Positions 19,381 to 27,800 of a stretch of DNA of 64,000 bases are shown here, piece after piece. Origin of the DNA: an uncultured bacterium. GTDB lineage: Bacteria > Verrucomicrobiota > Lentisphaeria > Victivallales > UBA1829. Each line of letters begins with the position of its first letter. Within the stretch, counting starts at the first letter, position 1. A program made the position numbers and the translations under genes. The stretch is taken from the NCBI GenBank assembly GCA_902780135.1, contig CACZEK010000005.1, forward strand, positions 130,839 to 194,838, in the 5' to 3' direction. The notes under the pieces are model-generated. The model was not told where the DNA came from and made no database searches. It worked only from the letters and a program-made list of their open reading frames with translations.

Positions 19381-21267
19381 ATGACCGAGTATCTGGCGCA
19401 TCTGAGCGGCGGGATCCTCCCCGCCCTGCTCGTGGCGTTCGCCTTCGCGGCGGGGTTTGCCGGGACCGGATACGGATTCCTGCGCGTCTGCGGGCTCGGA
19501 CGCGGCATGATGCGCGGCATGGAGCTCCGGCTCGTCTCGCTCGCCGCCGGATTCGCCGTCTGCGCGTTTTTCTGCGCCGCAGTCCTGATGAGCCTCGGCA
19601 CGGGGGATCTCCCGTGTTCGGTCTGCCTGTTTCCCGTGCTCGCCGGGACCGGATGCCTGATCCGCTTCCGGAAAGAGTTCTTTTCCCCGTTTTCCATCCG
19701 GGGCCGGATGCCGTTCGCGCTCCTGTTCGTCCTGATCCCGCTGGTCTTCCTGTCCATCGGCGCGTTCCAGTATCCCGCCAGCTGGGACGAATGCGTGTAT
19801 CAGCTGGCGGTGCCGCGGCGCTGGCTCGCCGACGGACGCATCCTGCTGTACCGCGACCTGCCGTATTCCGGGTTCCCGATGCTTCCGCAGTTCCTGTACG
19901 TGCCGATGATGAAGTTCGGCGGACTGGCGGCGGTCAAGTTCCTGCTGTACGGCGGGGCGGCGTGCTTCTTCGCCTCGCTCGCGCTTCTGGCATGCGGCGG
20001 CGTCCGGCGCAACCTGGCCGGGGCATGCGTCTTCGCCGGGTCGTTCCTGATCGCGCCGCTGACGGTGCATGTGCTGATCTCCGGCTACGCCGAGCCGCTG
20101 ATGGGCTCGCTGCTCGCCGCCGGGCTTCTGCTCGCGGACGCCGCCCTGAAAGCCCCCGGAAAACGCGCGGATTCCCCCGGATTCGCCGTCGCATGCGGGA
20201 TCCTCGCCGGGGCGATGGCGGCGATCAAGCTGACCGGGGGATTCGCCGGGGCCGCGCTGCTGCTGTACGTCCTGCTGCGGAAACGCGGCGGGAAGATCCG
20301 GTTCATCTTCTTTTTCGCCCTCGCGGGCGCGCTGTTCGCGACGATGTTCTACCAGCGTCCGTGGATCGCGACGGGGAATCCGTGTTATCCGTATCTGGGC
20401 GGGCTCTTCGGCGCGCCGGAGGCGATGACGTCGTCGTTCCATCACCAGCTCGGCACGGCGAAGTTCGCCGGTCGTTCCGTCGTGACGCTGATCCTGCTTC
20501 TGCCGGGACTGACCTTTCCCGCGCTTTCCAGGATGTTTGACGGGGTGTACGGCCTCCAGATGCTCCTCTGGTCGTTCCTGGCCCTGATCGCGCTCTGGCG
20601 CCGCCCGAAACGCATTTGCGCCGCTTTCCTGCCGCTGCTGTTCCTCGCCGGAGCATGGCTCCTGACGTCGCCGCAGGCGCGGTTCCTGATCCCCGCGCTC
20701 GCCTTCCTCGCGCTGCTTATGCGCGACGCCTTCCCGCTGGTCCGCGGACGCGCCGGACGCATCGCCCTGTGGGCCGCCGTCGCTTTCGCGCTGTTCTCCT
20801 TCCCGCCATCCGTGTATTCCTCCTACGGCGCCAATCTGCGCGCGACGGCGTCGGGCGGGGACGGCAAACGCGACATCCTGTACGGACGCACCGGGGACAG
20901 CATGCTCCCCGCCGTGGACATCCTGCTCGACCGGCTCTCCGGCGGGGGCAAATGCCTGCTGGTCCTGGAGGAGCGCACGCTGTACTTCCCGCGCGGATGC
21001 GAGATCGGCACGCCGTTTTTCCAGGACAAATACTTCCCCGGCGGGAAGATCCCCGGCGCGGACGGACTCCTGAAACTGCTGGACGACGGCGGATTCGTCT
21101 GCCTGTACGTGCGCCCGCCGGAACGCAATCCCGATTATCTGCCGCAGGCCGCCGACCTCTGGGCGGACGATTTCCGGGCGGCGCTGGAGTCTCTGGTGAA
21201 GCGCGGCAGTCTCCGTTATGAGCCGATGCCGGGCGGCGCGGAGCTCTTCACGCGGATTCGCCGCTGA
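19381..21267 (+). CDS. Polytopic membrane protein, GT-C (ArnT/PMT-like) glycosyltransferase candidate
   Basis: At least 12 hydrophobic helices. The first extracytoplasmic loop carries an acidic DE motif (YPASWDECVYQLAVPRRW). C-terminal soluble domain of about 130 aa. Confidence 0.75.
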   Translation: MTEYLAHLSGGILPALLVAFAFAAGFAGTGYGFLRVCGLGRGMMRGMELRLVSLAAGFAVCAFFCAAVLMSLGTGDLPCSVCLFPVLAGTGCLIRFRKEFFSPFSIRGRMPFALLFVLIPLVFLSIGAFQYPASWDECVYQLAVPRRWLADGRILLYRDLPYSGFPMLPQFLYVPMMKFGGLAAVKFLLYGGAACFFASLALLACGGVRRNLAGACVFAGSFLIAPLTVHVLISGYAEPLMGSLLAAGLLLADAALKAPGKRADSPGFAVACGILAGAMAAIKLTGGFAGAALLLYVLLRKRGGKIRFIFFFALAGALFATMFYQRPWIATGNPCYPYLGGLFGAPEAMTSSFHHQLGTAKFAGRSVVTLILLLPGLTFPALSRMFDGVYGLQMLLWSFLALIALWRRPKRICAAFLPLLFLAGAWLLTSPQARFLIPALAFLALLMRDAFPLVRGRAGRIALWAAVAFALFSFPPSVYSSYGANLRATASGGDGKRDILYGRTGDSMLPAVDILLDRLSGGGKCLLVLEERTLYFPRGCEIGTPFFQDKYFPGGKIPGADGLLKLLDDGGFVCLYVRPPERNPDYLPQAADLWADDFRAALESLVKRGSLRYEPMPGGAELFTRIRR

Positions 21268-21308
21268 ACCTCCGCTTTCCCTCTTCTCCCCCCTCAAAAA
21301 AGCCGCCG

Positions 21309-22724
21309 TCAGGTCGGGCGGGAGCTCTTCGCGCACTTGCAGGAACGCCCCAGTCCGACGGGATGCTTCGCGCCGAGGCCGGTGCGTTTGCCCTTCAGGC
21401 GGGCGCGGATCTCGTACATGTAGTAGAGCAGCAGCATCACGCCGGTGATCGTCCAGGTGATGCCGGATGCGAAGCATGCCCCGGTGTAGCCGAACCAGTC
21501 CGCCAGGTAAAGCGCCGTGAAGATGCGGCTGACCGTCTCCATGGCGCCGCCGAGCAGCGGCACCAGCGAACACCCCATGCCCTGAAGCGTGTTGCGGAAG
21601 ATCAGGATCATGCCGAGCGAGATGTACGCGGGCGCGACCGTGAAGATGTACTGGCGCCCCGCCTTCAGAATCTCCGGCGACGCCTCGATGTCCAGGAACA
21701 TCCGCAGCAGCTGCGCGCTGAAGACCATCATCAGGATCGCTCCGGCGACCGAGATGAACGCCGTGATCAGCCATCCGCTGCGCACGCCGACCAGAATCCG
21801 CCGGTAGTTGTTCGCGCCGCTGTTCTGCGCCGTGTACGCCGCCAGGGTCGTGCCGATCGCGAAGAACGGGATGCAGATCAGGCCCTCGAGGCGTCCCGCC
21901 GCCGTCGTCGCCGCCACCGTGCCGGGTCCGAACCGGTTGAACGCGCTCTGCAGGATCACGCACCCCAGCCCGGTCACGGAGAACTGAAGCGACATCGGCA
22001 CCGCCACGCGCAGATGCTCCCAGTAGAACCGCCAGTCGATGCGCCAGTCGGACCGCCCCGAAGGCAGGAGCTCCGGGAACTTCTTCAGGATGATCAGGAG
22101 GCAAACCACGCCGGAAACGAACTGCGAGGCGACGGTCGCGCATGCCGCGCCCGCCACGCCCATATCGTATTTGCAGACCAGCAGCAGGTCCAGCCCGGCG
22201 TTCAGGAACGACGCGAAGACGATCACGTAAAGCGGGCGCTTGCTGTCCCCCAGCGAACGCATCAGGAACGACATCAGCAGGTAGAACGTCATGGACGGCG
22301 TGCCCGCCACGATGATCCGCAGATACTTCAGGGAATCCGCCCGGATCTCGGCAGGCGTGTTCATCGCATCCAGGATCGGCTCCAGATACGCCAGAAACAC
22401 CAGCGTGACCGCCGCAACCAGCGCGGAACACAGCACCACGGCCGCGCAGAACGACCTCCGCACGCCGGACGCGTCCTTCGCGCCGAACCGCTGCCCCGTG
22501 ATGATCGTGAGTCCGGCGGGCAGCCCCCAGAAAAATCCCAGCAGCATGAAGATGACCGATCCGGCGTTTCCGACCGCGGCGAGCTTGTCCGGCCCGCACC
22601 AGCGCCCCACGATCACGGAGTCGACCATGCTGTACAGCTGGTTGCAGGCGTTCCCGATCGCCAGCGGGATCGAAAAGAGCAGGATGATTTTCAGGGGATT
22701 GCCCCGCGTGAGATCTTTCGCCAT
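21309..22724 (-). CDS. MATE family efflux transporter
   Basis: MAKDLTRGNPLKIILLFSIPLAIGNACNQLYSMVDSVIVGR... is a typical MATE N-terminus. 12 TM segments, about 470 aa. Confidence 0.9.
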   Translation of the reverse strand: MAKDLTRGNPLKIILLFSIPLAIGNACNQLYSMVDSVIVGRWCGPDKLAAVGNAGSVIFMLLGFFWGLPAGLTIITGQRFGAKDASGVRRSFCAAVVLCSALVAAVTLVFLAYLEPILDAMNTPAEIRADSLKYLRIIVAGTPSMTFYLLMSFLMRSLGDSKRPLYVIVFASFLNAGLDLLLVCKYDMGVAGAACATVASQFVSGVVCLLIILKKFPELLPSGRSDWRIDWRFYWEHLRVAVPMSLQFSVTGLGCVILQSAFNRFGPGTVAATTAAGRLEGLICIPFFAIGTTLAAYTAQNSGANNYRRILVGVRSGWLITAFISVAGAILMMVFSAQLLRMFLDIEASPEILKAGRQYIFTVAPAYISLGMILIFRNTLQGMGCSLVPLLGGAMETVSRIFTALYLADWFGYTGACFASGITWTITGVMLLLYYMYEIRARLKGKRTGLGAKHPVGLGRSCKCAKSSRPT

Positions 22725-23105
22725 GATGCGCCCCGGGTCTTGCTTCGAAAAGGGTCAGTTTCTCAATCTCATTGCGGCCGCCGACCGGCCGTAAAACAGT
22801 GCGTTCGCCGGATTATCTTTCCCCGTTTCGCCACGGAGGCAGACAGTCCCGAAAAACTCGAAGCATATAATATGCCACGTTATCCGCTTTTTTCAAGCCG
22901 TTTTCGTTTCCAGTCCAATATTATCCGCCATTTCGCGCGGGAGGGAGCCGGGGAAGAAGCGGGGGCGACGCTTCTCGCTCCGATTGGACGCCGCAAAAAA
23001 AGACGTGCCGAAAAAAGCCGGTCCGGCACAATAAAGCTTTTTCCCGCAACGTTATTTGAGCAGAAGCGAGAACCAAAAACACCTCGCAGTCAGGAGGCTA
23101 TCAAG

Positions 23106-23621
23106 AATGTCACGACAAACGCCATTGGAGTTGCTCAGGCAACGAATCCGCTGATCACCATTGCGACTTATGTCGCGGTCTTCCTGACCGTGCTGCCCAT
23201 CGGCATTTTCGGCTTTGTGCAGGTCCTCCAAGCTCAGCCAAGCGCAGCCGGGACGACGATCCTGACGGCAGAAGCGGATGAAACCACTGCGGAACTCACG
23301 GCCGCGGAACGGCGCGCCCAGCGCAGGGCGGCCCGTGAAGCAAAGACAAAAACCGCCGCGGCGGAACCGGAGGTAACGGTCGAAGTCGTATCCGACGGCG
23401 CAGGCTTCAACGGAAACGGCATGCAGAACGCCGGCTTCGGCACGATGCCGACGCCTTTTGCGGGCGGCTTCGGGATGATGCCGATGCCGCCCTTCGGAGG
23501 GTTCCCCGGTTTTGGAACGATGCCGCAAACGGACACCGAAGGCTTCAACGGTTTTGGAGCGATGCCGAATGCCGATGGGAACACCTTCAACGGTTTCGGC
23601 GCGGACTTCGGCAATTTCTGA
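23106..23621 (+). CDS. Small membrane-anchored protein with a Gly/Phe/Met/Pro-rich C-terminal tail (start codon unresolved)
   Basis: Coding-looking frame: ...NAIGVAQATNPLITIATYVAVFLTVLPIGIFGFVQVLQAQP..., then an Ala/Glu/Arg-rich helix, then GFNGNGMQNAGFGTMPTPFAGGFGMMPMPPFGGFPGFGTMP...NGFGADFGNF*. A good terminator follows. A strong AGGAGG lies at 23092-23097, but the only ATG at SD distance (23107) is in another frame. The first in-frame canonical start after the SD is GTG 23190; the upstream in-frame ATG is at 22872. Confidence 0.5.
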   Translation, partial: NVTTNAIGVAQATNPLITIATYVAVFLTVLPIGIFGFVQVLQAQPSAAGTTILTAEADETTAELTAAERRAQRRAAREAKTKTAAAEPEVTVEVVSDGAGFNGNGMQNAGFGTMPTPFAGGFGMMPMPPFGGFPGFGTMPQTDTEGFNGFGAMPNADGNTFNGFGADFGNF

Positions 23622-23644
23622 ACTTAAGCTCAATCGACGATGCG

Positions 23645-23680
23645 GGACGTCTCCCACGGTTGGAGGCGTCCTGCTTTTTT
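23645..23680 (+). terminator. Rho-independent terminator
   Basis: ggacgtctcc-cacggtt-ggaggcgtcc (10 bp, one G-U pair), then tgc plus T6. Confidence 0.65.
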
Positions 23681-23739
23681 CGTGGAAATCCCGCCATGCG
23701 GGCTGAACGGATTGCCGATCGTTTTGCCGTTTTATGGAT

Positions 23740-23768
23740 TTGCTTTTTCCTGCGAGGCATAGTATATT
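23740..23768 (+). promoter_or_regulatory. sigma70-like promoter
   Basis: TTGCTT (23740-23745), 17-nt spacer, TATATT (23763-23768), upstream of the gene at 23847. Confidence 0.4.
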
Positions 23769-23846
23769 TAGGGTGATGGTTCAATTTCAACATGTTCAAC
23801 AAGGATTGCGCGACGGAAAAAACCCGGCATGCAAGGAGGAAACGAC

Positions 23847-24473
23847 ATGAACAGACCTCTGATACGATTCGCGACGACGGCCCTGGTCGCGGCGCTCGGA
23901 ATCGCCACGGCGTTCGCCGGATCGAACGGCGGCGGAACGAGGATATTTGTGGGGGAGAGTATCCCCGTCGTCGACAAGACGATCGTAAAGCCCGCGCCGC
24001 AGCCAAAGCCCAAACCCAAACCGCAGGGGACGGCTCCGTCCGCGAAGCCGGCTCAGGATGCCAAACCGAAGCCGGGTCCCGCCCCGAAGCCGGGTCCAAA
24101 GCCCCGTCCGGTCAATGAAGTCTCCAGCGTGGTCTATTACACCGACGGCCTTGAGGTGAACATCGGCCAGGTCCCGCAGGCAGTGCAGGAGCTCCAGCCT
24201 GTGGTCGAACAGGCCGTGCGGAACATGCCCAGCGCGGAAGAGATACAGGAAATGGCGCGACAGCTTCAGGGCCCGGTCACCCAGCAGGTCGAACAGGCCA
24301 TGGAACAGCTGCCCGAACCGATGCAGGAGGCGCTGAACGAACCGATCATCATCACGCCGCAATCCGTGAGCAACGGCGGCGGCTCCAAGTCCAAACGCCG
24401 TTCCAAATGGACCTACGACGTCCCCGGCATGACCGGCGGCAACGGCAACGGCCCGCTGATCTACAATCCGTGA
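23847..24473 (+). CDS. Secreted protein with a Pro/Lys-rich spacer; function unknown
   Basis: ATG 23847 preceded by AAGGAGG. Signal peptide MNRPLIRFATTALVAALGIATAFAG. KPAPQPKPKPKPQ...KPKPGPAPKPGPKPRP linker, then a Gln/Glu-rich helical region. Confidence 0.7.
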   Translation: MNRPLIRFATTALVAALGIATAFAGSNGGGTRIFVGESIPVVDKTIVKPAPQPKPKPKPQGTAPSAKPAQDAKPKPGPAPKPGPKPRPVNEVSSVVYYTDGLEVNIGQVPQAVQELQPVVEQAVRNMPSAEEIQEMARQLQGPVTQQVEQAMEQLPEPMQEALNEPIIITPQSVSNGGGSKSKRRSKWTYDVPGMTGGNGNGPLIYNP

Positions 24474-24721
24474 TCCATTGTCCCGCCGGGGACATGCCCG
24501 GCTCATTGCCGCCGTCGCCGCGCGCATGGAATCCGTCCTGCCATGATGCCGCCCGGCGAGGCGTCTTGAACAGGAAACGCACACGAAAACACATGAGGCG
24601 AATAGGAAGAAGATCATCATGGTGGACGGCGGACCGCGCCGGAATATGAACACTGCGGCAAAAAAACGGAAAGCCTGACGCGGAGAAGGAAATCGCGTCC
24701 TGACGGATCGTTTCCGGGAAC

Positions 24722-24819
24722 AGCCCCCTCGCGGACAGATTGGCTGCGAGGGGGGCTTCGCATGGAGAAAACGGAATATTCATTAAGGCTTCGGCATAGA
24801 GGGGCGCCGGAGCCTTAAT
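24722..24819. other. Two strong stem-loops between convergent genes (terminator-like, no U-tract)
   Basis: gccccctcgc...gcgaggggggc (24723-24756). attaaggcttcggc-atagaggggc-gccggagccttaat (24782-24819) has a 14-bp stem with one G-U pair on the + transcript. Confidence 0.4.
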
Positions 24820-24872
24820 CGTATTCGCGGGGGGGGCGCCGTCCCGGTAAAGGAACAGCGGCGTCCCCGGCG

Positions 24873-27800
24873 TTACGCCGGCGGCGCGGCGAGCAGCACG
24901 AATTTGCGGTTTTCGCTGTCCAGGCCGATGCGGGAATCGCCCCACGCCGAATTGAGGTTGCAAACCGTCATGTAGCTGGGGACATCCCATTCCAGTTTCG
25001 CCCAGTCGGGACGGAGCCTGGCGGCGCCGAGCATGCCGCTGCTGTCCGTCTCCTGGATCCAGACCGTGAGCCCGGCGTTCCGCAGCTCGCTCACGTCATA
25101 CATGCCGGACTCCTGAATATCCAGGGCGAAGAACAGTTTTTCGCCCTGTTCCGCCGTATGGATGTCGGCGAAATTGGTATCCGAAATGACCTCGAACGCC
25201 CTCTGCTGCGTCACGGTCAGCGCGTATTTCGTGTTGTTGTCAATGCAAAGGCTGTTGCGGGAGTCGATCTCCACCAGATAGTCGCCGGAATAGAGCTCGA
25301 GCTCCGGGATGACGGCGATGCCCATTTCGTTCAGCGTCGCGGACTTGATCAGTTTGCCGGACATGGAGCGGATGTTCAGCGTCGCCTCCCCGGCATCCCC
25401 GGTGAGTTTGAACTCGTACCGCCCAGCGCATCCGTCGTCCACCGTCAGCAGATAGGCATCCGAATCATTCCGGTATCCGACCCATCCATTGACCTGGACC
25501 GGGTCCTTCCCGGCGGAGATGGTCCACGTGTCTTCATCAAGCGGGGAATCGCTGAAAGCCGCGAATTGCAGATCCAGGGAGTAATCGGTATTGTCCCCGC
25601 CCCTGCCGTTGTCGCGGGCGCCGACCCGCACATAGAAGTTGTTCGTGACGATGAACTGATCGAGAAGCATCCCCGAGGCGGCGGAGGCGTCGACCGAGAA
25701 CGACCTGACCCGCTGGTACTGCCCGTTTGCGCTGCTCTGGACAAAGAGGTCCACGACCAGCTCGCCGGTAAGATTCTCCGGGTCGATCACGGAGAGGCTC
25801 AACTCGCCCGCATCCTCCAGCAGATAATCCCAGACGTCATCTTCGTCAAAAGCGCCGACCCAGCTTTCCATGGTTTCGGAATACATGCCCTTTTCGTCCA
25901 CGCTGTCCGGCAGCGAGACGGCGCCGCGTTCCGGCCTCAGGTTGGGGAAGACGTCGCCCGAAATGGAGAATGAGAGTTCGGACGCCGCCCCGTCCTTTCC
26001 CGTTCCGGCGGCGGTGAAATAGTAAAGCCCGTTGTCCAGCAGGAGATCCTCGGCCGTGTCGGAGGCGGCAGTCGCCTCCCCGTCGGTCACTTCAATGACC
26101 ATTATCTTTTCGTCGTGCCCCCGGCGTATTCCGTCCACCTGGTACAGGGTCAGCGTGCCGGTGAACCCGCCGAAATCCGTCTTTTTCCAGTCGTAGAGTC
26201 CATCCATCAGGGAAAAGCGGTCGGTGGAGACGGAGTCCGAACCGGCGGCCAGGGCAAGCGTGAAATCGGAGAAGAAGCTCACCGCGTCATCCCACTCCGC
26301 GATGCCGGGCTCGATCGCCCTGCCGTCCGCGTCGTACGGCGTGACACGGAACGAATAATGACCGGCGGCGAGATCCAGTTCGATGGCGGTTCCCGCAATG
26401 CCCCGCAGAACGGCGCTGTCGTTCCAGTCCTCCTCCACGGCGTATTCGAGATCGTAGGAGCTCGCGCCTTCGACGGCGTCCCAGCTCAGGGCTTTGCCGG
26501 AGCCGATGGTCACGACAGCCGGAGCGATCGTCTTCGAGACGGTGTTGTCTTCCTCGAAGATGCCTTCGTCGACCGCATTTTCCCGGTCCAGCCGGACGGA
26601 CAACGCCGCGAGTCTCCCGATGAAGTCCTGCGGAATGCCCGCCGCCAGCTGAAGCTCCCGGCTTTCTCCGGCGGCAAGACTGATCTTCGCCGACGCGACG
26701 ACCGGATCGCGGTCGTTGAGGATCTCGCTTTCGCTGAGGACGACATCCACCGAGAATTCGCCGGAATCCTCGGTGCCGAGATTCGCCACGGTGCAGAAGA
26801 CGTTCGCCGTCCGCAGGTCCGCCGCCTGGAACTCCAAGCGATAATCCGTCACTTTCAGGGACGCAGTACGGATGGCGATTTCCACTTCATCCGTTTTGGT
26901 GCTGTAGGCGACCTCCGCGCAGTTTGTGCTCTGCGCCATGACGTAGAACCTGTATTTTCCTCCCTGGATCTCTTCCGGCAGGTCGATTGTGACCTTGCGA
27001 TATTCGTCTCCTTCGGTCGCTTCCAGATAGTCGAGGATCATCCCTTCGTATTCGTCCGCGGGCTGGTCGGCCCGCTGCATGTAGAGCGCGGCCAGATAGC
27101 TGTCACCGGTCGCATGAGCCTGATATTCCACCGTGACGGATTTCCTGTCCACCGACACGACCCGCACACCGGTCTCGATGGGATCGCCCGCCTCGGCAAA
27201 CATCACCACCTCGCCATTCCGGTTGCGGCTGCCGTAGGCATCCAGCGTCCAGTCGCCCTGTGCAGCATTGTCGATCCTCAGTTCAAGTTGCGAGAAGCTG
27301 ACCTGTTTCACCGTGATCGGCGTGTTCAGGTCAGTCGATCTGTATATGCTGCCGTCCGGTCCTGTGAGAACCCATTCCAGGTCGGTGAGAGAATGCTGCA
27401 CGGCGAGGGTGACGTATGTCCGGCCCTCCGCCGCGAGTTCGGTCGAGGTCCAGCTGTAGCTGCCGATCTTGTCCCCCGATATTTTTTCCGGGATGTCATC
27501 CTCCGGGGCGACAGTACGGAGCATGCGCTTGGCGCCGGAGGACGCGTCTTCCAGCCGGGTGTTGGCGCAGGTGTGGGCGAGGCCGCGGTTGGACAGGTCG
27601 AGGAACCAGCTGTTGCTGACGTTGACGCCGACCTTGACGAAGAGAACTTTGACCTGCGCCCGACCGCCGGCCGAGATGGAAATCGTCTTCCGCGAACCGG
27701 CCTGGTTGTAGATAACGCTGACGCCGCCGCCGACATTGACGCCGACCCAGTTGACCTTCAGGGCGGTGAAATCCCACTTGAAGGAGCCGTCCAGCGCCCC

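Noticed and set aside
19297-22599. 1100-aa minus-strand ORF, and the upstream part of the 752-aa plus-strand ORF (21363-23100)
   Set aside because: They are antisense or alternative-frame to the GT-C-like membrane gene and the MATE gene respectively. Both have extreme Arg/Gly/Pro composition.
22872-23105. Using ATG 22872 as the start of the FG-rich protein gene
   Set aside because: The 230-nt extension has poor codon usage (cgt, ttt, tta, ata) and basic low-complexity translation. It also contains a gtgccg...cggcac hairpin. The strong SD at 23092 argues for initiation near 23105. I kept this as an open question in the findings.
24352-24990. 212-aa minus-strand ORF bridging the convergent intergenic region
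   Set aside because: It overlaps the 3' ends of two well-supported genes and crosses both hairpins. Its translation is Arg/Pro/Gly-rich.
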